Part shown: positions 29,205 to 39,191 of the stretch, one piece after another | How positions within the stretch are numbered: the first letter of the stretch is position 1 | Layout: each line of letters opens with the position of its first letter | NCBI GenBank assembly: GCA_001779115.1 | Contig: MFJF01000015.1 | Coordinates: 22,491-86,490 of the forward strand | Source of the DNA: Candidatus Gottesmanbacteria bacterium RIFCSPHIGHO2_01_FULL_40_15 | GTDB taxonomy: Bacteria; Patescibacteriota; Microgenomatia; 2-02-FULL-39-11 | DNA length: 64,000 nucleotides | Direction of reading: 5' to 3' | The notes under the pieces: model-generated | Databases searched by the model: none | The model's input: only the letters and a program-made list of their open reading frames with translations | Told to the model about the DNA's origin: nothing | Made by a program: the position numbers and the translations under genes

Positions 29205-30830
29205 ATGTTTAAACGAAGGAGTTATCTGATTCTTATCCTTTTACTGGCGCTGTTCCTGCGTCTCTTCAAAATTAGCGATTTCCCCAAAACCCTTTACGGT
29301 GATGAGCAGGCTTTTGCCTGGAATGCTTATAATATTTTGAAAACCGGAACAGACGAATACGGTACCCCTTTCCCGCTCCAATTCCGTTCATTTAATGATT
29401 ACAAAGCGCCGGTTCCAGTCTATCTTTTGGTTCCGGTATTTAAACTTTTCGGGATGACTCCGGCATCAATCAGAATTCCAGTGTCTTTGGCTTCACTTTT
29501 AACTGTTTATGTTTTTTATTTATTAGTTTTTAAATTTCTTCCGGCAAAAATTTCACTTGTCTCCTCATTTCTGTTTACCGTTTCGCCTTGGCATATTCAT
29601 TTATCTCGGGGATATTTCGAGGCAACTCTTGCCCTGCTTTTTTTCCTGATTGCTTTATATTTCTTTTTTAAAGACAACTTTTCCCCCAAATCGCTACTAT
29701 TGAGCGGCTTATTTTTTGTCTCTGCTTTATACAGTTATTTTACTCCACGGATGCTGTTGCCTTTATTTATTCCGTTTATAATCTTTATTGGATTCCGCCT
29801 GCCTGTTACCGGGAAAAAAATAAATTACAAAAATGTTGCCCTTTTCCTAATTCTTATCTTTATCCTGTCGCTGCCCCTTATAAAGCTGACTTTCTTCGGG
29901 CAGGGTTTATCCCGTTTCAACAAATTAAATGAAACGGTCAGTCAGGCAATAATTCAGACGGTAAATAATGAACGGAAGGCTTCCAATCTGCCGCATTCCG
30001 TCCGGCCTTTTTTCCATAATAAGGCAACGGTTTGGCTGAGGTTCGTAAAAAACAATTATCTTGAACATTTCTCCCTTAACTTCTGGTATATATACGGGGA
30101 TAATTCCCTGAGGTATTTCCTGGGAAATATGGGCATGTTTTACCTTTTTGAAATGCCCTTTTTTATATTGGGGCTTGTTACGGTTTACGCTCGTCATAAG
30201 AACCTGTTTTATTTCCTGTCAGGCTGGCTCCTGTTGGCTCCGGTTCCTGCCTCCGTTGTCGGCCGGTCTTTTGCCGTCAGAAGCTTGAGCATGCTCCCGG
30301 TGCCGTTTATTTTTGTTGCCGCCGGAATTGATCAAATGACTTCATTTATAAAAAACCGGCCTTCCCGGAAAATATTCATCCTTACCCTGACAATGGTAAC
30401 TGTAACCTCGATCGGCGCCGTTTTAATCCGTTATTATTTGGAATATCCCGTATATGCGGCTACTTGGTGGGGGTGGGAAAATAAAGCCGCTATCGATTAT
30501 GCCAAAGCAAGGGAAAATAAATACCAGCAAATATTTATTTCCGACTTTTATACCGGTTCGACTTTGGCTTATGCTGTCTATAACAACTTTGACCCCCTTA
30601 AATACCGGCAGGCGGTAAATAATCCCGTTGTTATGGCCGACAACCGGCATTTTATTAAACTCGGCAAATATTATTTCGGTTCTCTTGATCTTGATGAAAA
30701 ACGACTATCAGAGGGAACAATTCCAAAAAAGTCGCTTTATATCGGAAGACCTGAAGAAGCCGCTTCGGATGAAACAATCAATGCTCCGGATGACGGCCGG
30801 ATAATTTTTATTATCCATAAAACAGAATAA
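29205..30830 (+). CDS. GT-C ArnT/PMT-like glycosyltransferase, array paralog 3
   Basis: LYGDEQAFAWNAY..TGTDEYG, FRSFNDYKAP, SPWHIHLSR, FFHNK. Confidence 0.85.
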   Translation: MFKRRSYLILILLLALFLRLFKISDFPKTLYGDEQAFAWNAYNILKTGTDEYGTPFPLQFRSFNDYKAPVPVYLLVPVFKLFGMTPASIRIPVSLASLLTVYVFYLLVFKFLPAKISLVSSFLFTVSPWHIHLSRGYFEATLALLFFLIALYFFFKDNFSPKSLLLSGLFFVSALYSYFTPRMLLPLFIPFIIFIGFRLPVTGKKINYKNVALFLILIFILSLPLIKLTFFGQGLSRFNKLNETVSQAIIQTVNNERKASNLPHSVRPFFHNKATVWLRFVKNNYLEHFSLNFWYIYGDNSLRYFLGNMGMFYLFEMPFFILGLVTVYARHKNLFYFLSGWLLLAPVPASVVGRSFAVRSLSMLPVPFIFVAAGIDQMTSFIKNRPSRKIFILTLTMVTVTSIGAVLIRYYLEYPVYAATWWGWENKAAIDYAKARENKYQQIFISDFYTGSTLAYAVYNNFDPLKYRQAVNNPVVMADNRHFIKLGKYYFGSLDLDEKRLSEGTIPKKSLYIGRPEEAASDETINAPDDGRIIFIIHKTE

Positions 30831-32800
30831 TGCTAGCCCCTCTGATTATTTTTTTGTTTTTCCTCCTCTTTTATGTCTTTATCCCCGGCATTTGTTTTCT
30901 CCACCTGGGAAAAATAAAAACGGATAATATTTTAATCGGTACCGGACTGGCAGGCTGCACCGGTTTGATTTTATTGATTTCACTTCTGATGCCTGCCAAG
31001 ATTATCAGGTTCCCTGATTTTATTATTTATTTATATCCTTTTATTTTTGCTTTTTCTTATCTGATTTTCCGGAAAAAATCTCAAAAAAAAGACGTTTTGA
31101 ATGTTGTGCGGATATTAAATTCAACCGGAGCAGTACTGTTATTGATTATGGTAAGCTCTTTAATCCAGTCATATACTCTTTTTTCAGGGGGAGTAAAGAC
31201 AGATGCGGGAATCCGTTTTCATTCGGTTCATGATAACCTGTGGAATATTTCCATAATCAATGAACTTAAAATTAAGGTCCCGCCCGATCATCCGGCTATT
31301 TCCGGGGAAGTTGTTAAAAACCATCATTATTTTTACCTGTATTTTCTCGCTTTGGCCAATAAAATAACAGCAATTTCCGTCTTTGATCTGTATTTCCGGT
31401 TCGGTCCGGTTTTTGTGTCTTTCTTATACGGTTTATCTTTGTATTCTGCGGCAGCCATATTTACCAAAAAAGTTCTTTTCCGTGCTGTTGCCGTATTCCT
31501 GGGTTATTTTTCCGGTAATCTGGCTTATCTGGCGCCTCTGTTTTTTTCCAATATAACTGATTGGCGGGCAAATCTTTTTTTTGCCGATCAGCCGTTTGAT
31601 CAGATATTTAATCCTTACACTGTTCTTGGGTTTGCCGTATTTTTATATGCTGCTTATTCATTGTCTTTTTTTCTAAGACAGAAAAAACCGGGTTACATTT
31701 GGCCTCTGATTATCTCCCTTTTTATCGCCGGTTCCTTCGGTATTAAATCATTCGGTTCAGTTATCCTTCTTGGTTCATTGCTTTTTACCGCTACGGTATC
31801 ATTTATTTTTTTCCGGGAAAAACGCCTGCTGTACCTGTCAATATTATCCATCTTACTTTTCCTGCCTGTTTTTTATCTGATAGCCGGTAAATCAAGCATT
31901 TCCCCGGTATTTATTCCCGGCTGGTTATTAAGGGAAATGATGACCGGCACCGATAAGCTCAATCAGCCGGTTTTTTCCGATATTGAAAATTACTATATTT
32001 CGGTTAATAACCTTGCCGGTTTATTAAAAATAAAATTGTTTGAACTTTTTATTTATATATTGGGAAATTTCGGTATGCGGTTATTGGGGTTTCTATTTCT
32101 CATGAGTATAATTCTTTCAAAAAAAGCGGTCCGGCTTAAAATCACTGCCCTGTTTATCCTCACTGCCGTCGTGCTTTCTATTTCGGTACCACTGTTATTT
32201 AATCTGTCAAATTCACCTTACAACATCATTCAGTTTACTCCGTATTCTCTGGTCCTTTTATCTGTCGCTTCGGCACTTTTTTTGGAGGATTTGAGGGATT
32301 TTTTAACTGCAAAAAAATTAGGGTTAATGGCTTATATTCTGATTTTATTCCTTATTATCAGCTCACTGCCGGTCAACATTAAAAATTTTTCCGGTAAGAT
32401 CAGGGAAGAGGGGGATATTATTGGAAGAGAAGATTTAGAAGGAGCCCAATTTCTGAAAGAGAAAGCCGGCCGCCAAAAAATTATACTAATTGATCCTGAT
32501 CAATTTCCCGGTTCAGCCATATATCTTCCGGCTTTAAGCGGGAAAAAATTTTACCTTGCCGATTCCGGCTATGCTCTTCAAACGGGAATAAGTCCGGAGA
32601 AAAAATTGGCATTGATCAGAAATTTTTTCGATACCGGAATGACTGACCGGAGTTTTCTTGATAAAAACAATATTGAATATATTTACCTGAAAAACGGCGG
32701 GCACCCGTTTGTGTTATTTGACCCCTCAACCGGCTTAACCGATAATATGTACCGAACTGTCTTTACCAACGGGAGTATCACTATCCTGCAGCTGAAATGA
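30830..32800 (+). CDS. Large polytopic membrane protein, probable GT-C
   Basis: 656 aa, about 14 TM segments; loop VHDNLWN...PPDHP..G...HHYFY; C-terminal soluble domain ending NIEYIYL. Confidence 0.55.
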   Translation: MLAPLIIFLFFLLFYVFIPGICFLHLGKIKTDNILIGTGLAGCTGLILLISLLMPAKIIRFPDFIIYLYPFIFAFSYLIFRKKSQKKDVLNVVRILNSTGAVLLLIMVSSLIQSYTLFSGGVKTDAGIRFHSVHDNLWNISIINELKIKVPPDHPAISGEVVKNHHYFYLYFLALANKITAISVFDLYFRFGPVFVSFLYGLSLYSAAAIFTKKVLFRAVAVFLGYFSGNLAYLAPLFFSNITDWRANLFFADQPFDQIFNPYTVLGFAVFLYAAYSLSFFLRQKKPGYIWPLIISLFIAGSFGIKSFGSVILLGSLLFTATVSFIFFREKRLLYLSILSILLFLPVFYLIAGKSSISPVFIPGWLLREMMTGTDKLNQPVFSDIENYYISVNNLAGLLKIKLFELFIYILGNFGMRLLGFLFLMSIILSKKAVRLKITALFILTAVVLSISVPLLFNLSNSPYNIIQFTPYSLVLLSVASALFLEDLRDFLTAKKLGLMAYILILFLIISSLPVNIKNFSGKIREEGDIIGREDLEGAQFLKEKAGRQKIILIDPDQFPGSAIYLPALSGKKFYLADSGYALQTGISPEKKLALIRNFFDTGMTDRSFLDKNNIEYIYLKNGGHPFVLFDPSTGLTDNMYRTVFTNGSITILQLK

Positions 32801-34407
32801 AGAAATTTCTTTTAATTCTTATTATTATAATCGCCATTTTTTTAAGGATTTGGCACCTGGATCTTAATCCGCCTTCACTTTATTGGGATGAAGCATCCCT
32901 GGGTTATAATGCTTATTCAATTCTATTATCGGGAGCTGACGAACACGGCGAAAAGTTACCTCTTGATCGGTTTATCGCTTTTGGCGATTACAAGCCGCCC
33001 GGTTACATATATTCAACTGTTTTTTCAATGGCGGTCTTTGGTCCGAATGAATTTGCCGTCCGGTTCCCTTCAGCAATGGGTGGAATCCTGATGGTTATAT
33101 TAACTTATTTTTTAACCAAAAAACTTTTAACTTCAGTAAAAGTTTCTTTATTGGCTTCATTTTTATTAGCTGTTTCTCCCTGGTCGATACATTTATCAAG
33201 GGCTGCTTTTGAAGCTAATTTGGCGGCTTTTTTCAATCTGGCTGCGGTTTTCTTTTTTCTTAAAGCCAAAAAAAAAGCCTCTTTTTTTATTCTGTCAGTT
33301 ATCTTTTTTGTCCTTTCTTTTTATACATTCAACGCCAACAGAATTATCGCCCCGGTTTTTCTTATTTCTTTGATTTTTATCCATTTTAAATTTATAAGGC
33401 AAAATCTTGTTTGGTACATTGCCGGTTTTATTTTGGCGGGATTTTTTATTTTGCCGTCGACCGGATTTTTACGAAGCCGGGAAAGCAGGCTCCGGTTCCA
33501 GGAAGTTTCCATATTCAACAGTATTGTCCCTGTTGAAATTGCCAATGCCAGAATTTCAAATGACGGTAATACGGCCATTGCCCGGCTTATCCATAACCGC
33601 CGGTTATTGTTCCTGGCGGATTATCTTAAACACTTAAGCGATAATTTTTCCGGCCGGTTTCTTTTTACCCACGGTGACGGCAATCCCAGATTATCAGTCC
33701 AGGGAATGGGACAGCTTTACTTCTGGGAACTTCCCTTTGCCGTTGCCGGATTATTTTTCCTGATACTTTATAAAAGATCAATTATTCCTCTTATTTTTGC
33801 CTGGATGGCAATAAGCGTTATTCCGGCCGGTGCTGCCCGAGAAACACCCCACGCTCTTAGAATTGTTTCCATACTGCCCTCATATCAGATTATTACGGCT
33901 TTCGGGCTTTACCGGTCAGCCCTTTGGTTGAAAGATATTTTTTCCCGGAAAAATTATATTGCGGCAATCTTTATTTCCGGCATTATATTTGTGTTTAATT
34001 TTTACTATTATATCCATCTTTATCATATCCACTTTCCTTCCGATTGGGCCGGGCAGTGGCAGTACGGCTATAAACAAATGGTAAATTATGTTTTAAATAT
34101 TAAGTCCCGCTATGACAGGATATTTATTACTTCAACGCTGGGCCGGCCCTATATTTTTTTCGCTTTTTATAAGCCGTATTTACCTTCCGAGTTTCAAAAA
34201 GAAAAAAAAGTCTCCCGGGATTGGTTTGGCTTCTATGAGGTTGAGGCTTTGGGAAAAATAAGTTTCGATACTTCAAATCTGTATAACGCTTCCGGCCGGA
34301 TTCTGTATGTCGGATCGGAAAATAAGCCGCCGGTCGGTTTCCGGTTCCTGGCGACAATAAACTCAAGTAGCCGGGAGCCGGTTTTCTATATTTGGGAAAA
34401 AACATGA
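32797..34407 (+). CDS. GT-C ArnT/PMT-like glycosyltransferase, array paralog 4
   Basis: LYWDEASLGYNAY..GADEHG, AFGDYKPP, SPWSIHLSRAAFEAN, HNRR, WQYGYKQ. Confidence 0.85.
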   Translation: MKKFLLILIIIIAIFLRIWHLDLNPPSLYWDEASLGYNAYSILLSGADEHGEKLPLDRFIAFGDYKPPGYIYSTVFSMAVFGPNEFAVRFPSAMGGILMVILTYFLTKKLLTSVKVSLLASFLLAVSPWSIHLSRAAFEANLAAFFNLAAVFFFLKAKKKASFFILSVIFFVLSFYTFNANRIIAPVFLISLIFIHFKFIRQNLVWYIAGFILAGFFILPSTGFLRSRESRLRFQEVSIFNSIVPVEIANARISNDGNTAIARLIHNRRLLFLADYLKHLSDNFSGRFLFTHGDGNPRLSVQGMGQLYFWELPFAVAGLFFLILYKRSIIPLIFAWMAISVIPAGAARETPHALRIVSILPSYQIITAFGLYRSALWLKDIFSRKNYIAAIFISGIIFVFNFYYYIHLYHIHFPSDWAGQWQYGYKQMVNYVLNIKSRYDRIFITSTLGRPYIFFAFYKPYLPSEFQKEKKVSRDWFGFYEVEALGKISFDTSNLYNASGRILYVGSENKPPVGFRFLATINSSSREPVFYIWEKT

Positions 34408-35999
34408 CTAAAACTGCCAAAATTTTACTTTTACTGACATTGGTCTTAGCGTTTGTTCTCCGCGTTTGGAAACTGGGTGATAATCCTCCGTCTTTGGATT
34501 GGGATGAAGCATCTTTAGGCTATAATGCCTATTCCATTTTAAAAACCGGCCGGGATGAATATGGTAATTTTCTTCCCATGTCCATCCGCTCATTCAATGA
34601 TTACAAACCTCCTTTATATACTTATCTGGCCTTGCCCGCGGTTGCGGTTTTCGGACTGAATGAACTTTCGGTCCGCCTGCCTTCGGCGGTATTCGGATTT
34701 CTTGCCGTAATTTCCTGTTTTTATCTGGTCAGACTGATGAATCCCCAAAATATTAAATTAGCTTTGCTGACCGCCTTTTTCCTGTCAATTTCCCCGTGGC
34801 ATATCCAGTTCTCCAGGATCGCTTTTGAAGCCAATCTCGCCTTATCCTTATATATTTTGGCCATTACTCTTTTTCTCAAAAGCCTTAAAAGCGGTATTTT
34901 TTATCCGTTTTCCGCACTTGTATTTGCCTTGTCAATTTATTCTTACCACAGTCCCAGATTAATAATTCCGATAGTAGTTTTGGGTCTGGTTCTCCTTTAT
35001 TTTAAGAGAGTCACAGGCAAATTACCGTGGTTTTTGACCTTTGTTGTACTGCTGTTTGTCACAGCATTCCCGGTAATAAAAGAGATAAACCGGTCAACCG
35101 GAGCCCGTTTTTCCTCAGTCAGTGTTGTTAATCCTGATGAAAAATTAGGCGCTTCCATTGCCGCCATGGAATTTGACCGCCTGAGAGGGGAGCCTTTCGG
35201 AAAAATACTTCATAACCGGAGACTTGTTTTCGGCAGGGAAATTCTTGCAGGCTACCTGGATCATTTTAATTTTGATTTTCTTTTTCTGACCGGTGATCCT
35301 CCCGGCCGCCACCATGCTGCCGGCATGGGCATGCTTTATGTCACAGACCTGCCGTTAATTCTTCTCGGAATTGTTTTTCTTGCTCTTAATTTTAAAAAAA
35401 AGGCATTCCGCTTAATTCTCCTATTATTTTTTGCCGCCCCTCTTGCTTCATCATTGACTACCGGAACCCCGCACGCGGTTAGGGCAATTTTTTACCTTCC
35501 CGTCTATCAGATCATTGCCGCCCTGGGTTTGATTCGGGTCAGTAAAAAATCCTATTTCAAATATGTTTTCTGCCTTCTTTTAATTATTAATTTCCTTTAT
35601 TATCTCCATCAGTACTATGTCCATACCCCGGTGGAATATGCCTCGTCCTGGCAATACGGATATAAAGAAGCGGTTTATGAATCCGAAAAACACTATGGGT
35701 CCGTTGACAAAATTATAGTTACTTACCGGTATGATCAGCCTTATATTTATTTCCTTTTCTATAACCGGACTGATCCCGCTTGGTATCAATCATTATGGCG
35801 GGGTTATGCGATTAAAAGAGCAGAAAGGCAATATGACAAGTATGAATTCCGCAATATTAATTGGGAACAGGATAGCCAAATGAAAAATGCCTTGCTTATC
35901 GGAACGCCGGAAGAAATTCCTGATAATGCTCCGGGTATAACCAGAGAAATATTTTTTCCTGACGGCACTATCGCCTTCAGAATTGTTAAACGGATTTAG
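34404..35999 (+). CDS. GT-C ArnT/PMT-like glycosyltransferase, array paralog 5
   Basis: Start ATG 34404. LDWDEASLGYNAY..TGRDEYG, RSFNDYKPP, SPWHIQFSRIAFEAN, HNRR, WQYGYKE. Confidence 0.85.
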   Translation: MTKTAKILLLLTLVLAFVLRVWKLGDNPPSLDWDEASLGYNAYSILKTGRDEYGNFLPMSIRSFNDYKPPLYTYLALPAVAVFGLNELSVRLPSAVFGFLAVISCFYLVRLMNPQNIKLALLTAFFLSISPWHIQFSRIAFEANLALSLYILAITLFLKSLKSGIFYPFSALVFALSIYSYHSPRLIIPIVVLGLVLLYFKRVTGKLPWFLTFVVLLFVTAFPVIKEINRSTGARFSSVSVVNPDEKLGASIAAMEFDRLRGEPFGKILHNRRLVFGREILAGYLDHFNFDFLFLTGDPPGRHHAAGMGMLYVTDLPLILLGIVFLALNFKKKAFRLILLLFFAAPLASSLTTGTPHAVRAIFYLPVYQIIAALGLIRVSKKSYFKYVFCLLLIINFLYYLHQYYVHTPVEYASSWQYGYKEAVYESEKHYGSVDKIIVTYRYDQPYIYFLFYNRTDPAWYQSLWRGYAIKRAERQYDKYEFRNINWEQDSQMKNALLIGTPEEIPDNAPGITREIFFPDGTIAFRIVKRI

Positions 36000-36008
36000 A
36001 ATAAAGCA

Positions 36009-36017
36009 TGCTAAAAT
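36009..36017 (+). promoter_or_regulatory. Extended -10 TGCTAAAAT 7 nt upstream of ATG (putative leaderless promoter)
   Basis: TGCTAAAAT-ACCGGAT-ATG(36025) in a 25-bp gap. Confidence 0.5.
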
Positions 36018-36024
36018 ACCGGAT

Positions 36025-36951
36025 ATGAACATATTGGTAACCGGAGGAGCCGGTTTTATCGGTTCCCATATTGTTGATGAGTTTATATGCCTTGGACACC
36101 AAGTGGCCGTAATTGATGATCTTTCAACGGGAAAAAAAGAGTTTATAAACAAAAAAGCACATTTTTTTAAAGTCGATATCAGGGATAAAAGGGAAATCGC
36201 TTCAATTATTAAAAAAATACGTCCCGATATTATCAGTCACCATGCCGCTCAAATTAGCGTCAGGAATTCCGTTGAGAATCCCGGAGAAGATGCACAGGTG
36301 AACATTTTAGGTCTCTTGAATTTACTGGAAGCCGGCCGCCTCTATGGCTTGAAAAAAGTGCTGTTTGCTTCTTCCGGAGGTGTTGTTTACGGTGAGGCTG
36401 ACCGGATTCCCACGCCTGAAAGTTACGATCCCAAATTGCCGTTGTCTCCCTATGGAATAACAAAACTTGCCGGAGAATTTTATTTAAGCGTATATATGAG
36501 AAATTACAAAATTGATTATGTAGCTCTTAGATATTCCAATGTCTACGGTCCCAGGCAAAATCCTCACGGTGAAGCCGGAGTAGTCGCCATATTCTCAAAC
36601 AGTCTTCTGACCGGCCTGCCTCCCGTAATTAACGGTGACGGCAGGCAGACCAGGGATTATATTTTTGTCAAAGATGTGGTTAACGCCAATGTCCGGGCAA
36701 TAAGTGCAAAATATTCAGGTCCGGTCAATATCGGGACCGGTATTGAAACTGATGTTCTGGCTGTTTTTTCCGGAATAAAAAATCATGTCAGAACTGATAT
36801 TTCTCCCCGGTTCGGTCCGGCTAAAAAAGGAGAGCAGCGAAGAAGTTGTCTTAACGTGAATTTAGCCAAAAAAGCCATTAATTGGCAACCCGCGGTTACC
36901 CTTTCCCGGGGTTTGGAAAACACCGTTTTATATTTCCGCGCTGACAGATAA
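36025..36951 (+). CDS. UDP-glucose 4-epimerase-like SDR
   Basis: Start ATG 36025 (MNILVTGGAGFIG). ASSGG, PYGITK, NVYGPRQNPHGEAGVVAIF. Confidence 0.85.
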   Translation: MNILVTGGAGFIGSHIVDEFICLGHQVAVIDDLSTGKKEFINKKAHFFKVDIRDKREIASIIKKIRPDIISHHAAQISVRNSVENPGEDAQVNILGLLNLLEAGRLYGLKKVLFASSGGVVYGEADRIPTPESYDPKLPLSPYGITKLAGEFYLSVYMRNYKIDYVALRYSNVYGPRQNPHGEAGVVAIFSNSLLTGLPPVINGDGRQTRDYIFVKDVVNANVRAISAKYSGPVNIGTGIETDVLAVFSGIKNHVRTDISPRFGPAKKGEQRRSCLNVNLAKKAINWQPAVTLSRGLENTVLYFRADR

Positions 36952-36956
36952 TCGAA

Positions 36957-38432
36957 ATGGATAAAAATAAAAGCATAGTAGTTATGGGTGCCGGTTTGGC
37001 CGGTTTATCCTGTGCTTATGAACTGGCCAAAGCTGGCAAAAAAGTTACTGTTATTGAGAAATGGGAGGATGTCGGGGGATTGGCAAGAACAATAAAAGTA
37101 AACGGTTTTTCGTTTGATACCGGTCCCCACCGCTGGTATACCAAAAATGACATGGTTAACAATTGGATGCTTCAGCTGATGAAGAGCGAAATCACCAAAG
37201 TCCCCAGGTTAACCAGGATTTATTTCGATAATAAATTCTTCCATTATCCGATCCAAATAAAAAGTACCATAAAAGGCATGGGTCTGGTTAAAACTTTCTG
37301 GGCCGTTGTTGATTATCTTATGGTCAGGAGTTTGTCTTTCTTTCATAAGGCTGAACCGGTCACAATTGAAGAAGGCTATATCAGCCAATTCGGCCGGACG
37401 CTGTATGAAATGTTTTTCAAAAGATATACCGAAAAACTTTGGGGAAGATCCTGCCGGGAAATTTCCGCCGACTGGCTCGGACAGAGATCAAGGGGTTTCA
37501 ATATTTCAACCGTTATTAAAAATGCTCTTTTTTCAAAAGAGAAGGTCGTATCATTCGTGGATGAATTTTCATATCCACAAAAGGGTATAGGCCGCCTGGC
37601 CCAAAAATTGGCACAAGGAGTCAAAGAGGCAAAAGGCACTCTCTATTTAAACAGCGAAATCATCAAAATTAATCACCGGGCCGGAAAAATTAGTTCGGTT
37701 ACCGTCAAATCAGGTAAAAAATTATGGGAAATCAAAGGCGAAGAATTTGTTTCAACTATTGCTGTTTCGGACCTAATAAACGGCTTGATGCCGCCCGTTC
37801 CCGGAGCTGTAGCTAAATTCAATAACCGTCTTAAATACCGCGATGAAGTCCAGGTTGTTCTGTTTATAAATAAAACCCGTGTTACGCCGGACACCTGGGT
37901 TTATGTTCATGCTTTAGATATTCCTTTTGTCCGGTTCATGGAAATGGATAACTGGAGTAATAAACTCACGCCTAAAGGAAAAACAGCCATAGTTTTCGAA
38001 ATTGTCTGCAATTACGGTGATAAAGTATGGAATATGCCGGATAAGCGCCTGGCCGACCTCGTTTCTGAAAAATTCATCAGTAGTTTTAAATTAATCAAAA
38101 AGGAAAATATTATCGGCTGGCATATCCACCGTGTTCCCAAAGAATATCCTGTTTACCACATCGGCTACCGCAAAGACCTGGAGGTAATAAAATCATATCT
38201 TGGCAGGTTTTCCAATCTTCAGATTGCCGGAAGAAACGGGATTTTCCGTTATAACAATATGGACCATTCCATTGAAATGGGTCTTTATGCCGCCTGGAAC
38301 ATTCTTGAAGGAAGCCGGAATTTCAATATCGAATCGGTCAATATTGACAGGGAATATCTTGAGGAAAAGAAGGTTGTTTTAAGAGCACCTGAACTGCCGG
38401 AAGATCAGTATGTCCAAGAATATAAAAATTAA
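36957..38432 (+). CDS. FAD-dependent oxidoreductase, UDP-galactopyranose-mutase-like / protoporphyrinogen-oxidase-like family
   Basis: GAGLAGL, VGGLART, FDTGPH, YTEKLWG, ISADW..QR, YPVY, GRNGIFRYNNMDHS. Confidence 0.75.
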   Translation: MDKNKSIVVMGAGLAGLSCAYELAKAGKKVTVIEKWEDVGGLARTIKVNGFSFDTGPHRWYTKNDMVNNWMLQLMKSEITKVPRLTRIYFDNKFFHYPIQIKSTIKGMGLVKTFWAVVDYLMVRSLSFFHKAEPVTIEEGYISQFGRTLYEMFFKRYTEKLWGRSCREISADWLGQRSRGFNISTVIKNALFSKEKVVSFVDEFSYPQKGIGRLAQKLAQGVKEAKGTLYLNSEIIKINHRAGKISSVTVKSGKKLWEIKGEEFVSTIAVSDLINGLMPPVPGAVAKFNNRLKYRDEVQVVLFINKTRVTPDTWVYVHALDIPFVRFMEMDNWSNKLTPKGKTAIVFEIVCNYGDKVWNMPDKRLADLVSEKFISSFKLIKKENIIGWHIHRVPKEYPVYHIGYRKDLEVIKSYLGRFSNLQIAGRNGIFRYNNMDHSIEMGLYAAWNILEGSRNFNIESVNIDREYLEEKKVVLRAPELPEDQYVQEYKN

Positions 38433-39183
38433 GGGAAACCCTAAAAAAAAAGTCATAGTGGTCATGCCGGCTTACAATGCCGCAAAGACCCTGGAGAAAA
38501 CTTACCGGGATATTCCCAATAAAAATGTTACGGAAATTCTGGTAGTCGATGATGACAGCTCGGACGAAACCGTCAGGATTGCAGGTAAGTTAAATCTGCC
38601 GACATTCCTTCACAAAAAAAATCTGGGATATGGGGGCAACCAAAAAACCTGTTATAAAAAGGCACTGCAAAGGGGAGCCGAAATTGTGGTCATGATACAT
38701 CCGGACTACCAGTATGATGCCACTCTCACGGATGAACTTGTTGCTCCTGTTGCCGCTTCTCGGTTTGATATAATGCTTGGCAGCAGGATCAGAAGCCGCC
38801 GGGAAGCTTTATCCGGAGGAATGCCCTATTACAAATATATAAGCAACCGTTTGCTGACACTATTGGAAAATCTGGTACTCGGGTTGAATTTGTCCGAATA
38901 TCATACCGGCTTCAGGGCGTTTAAAAGAAGTGTACTGAAAACTTTACCTTTGGACAGTTTTTCCGATGATTTCGTTTTTGATCAGGAAATTCTTATTTGC
39001 GCCCATGCGGCCGGATTTACGATAGGCGAAATACCGGTACCGGTCCGCTATTTTCCTGAAGCTTCGTCAATTAATTTCACCAGGTCGGTGGTTTACGGAC
39101 TGATGATAATTAGAACTCTTTTTTTATATCTTCTGCACAGAATGAAATTAAACATTAAGATATTCAGATTTAATAGGGCATAA
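38410..39183 (+). CDS. GT2 polyprenyl-phosphate glycosyltransferase (DPM1-like)
   Basis: VMPAYNA, VDDDSSD, NLGYGGNQK, HPDYQY, SEYHTGFRAF, EIPVPVRY. Confidence 0.85.
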   Translation: MSKNIKIKGNPKKKVIVVMPAYNAAKTLEKTYRDIPNKNVTEILVVDDDSSDETVRIAGKLNLPTFLHKKNLGYGGNQKTCYKKALQRGAEIVVMIHPDYQYDATLTDELVAPVAASRFDIMLGSRIRSRREALSGGMPYYKYISNRLLTLLENLVLGLNLSEYHTGFRAFKRSVLKTLPLDSFSDDFVFDQEILICAHAAGFTIGEIPVPVRYFPEASSINFTRSVVYGLMIIRTLFLYLLHRMKLNIKIFRFNRA

Positions 39184-39191
39184 AAAGGAAA

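Noticed and set aside
36957-38432. Protoporphyrinogen oxidase (hemY) assignment
   Set aside because: No heme pathway context; neighbours and C-terminal motifs point to nucleotide-sugar chemistry
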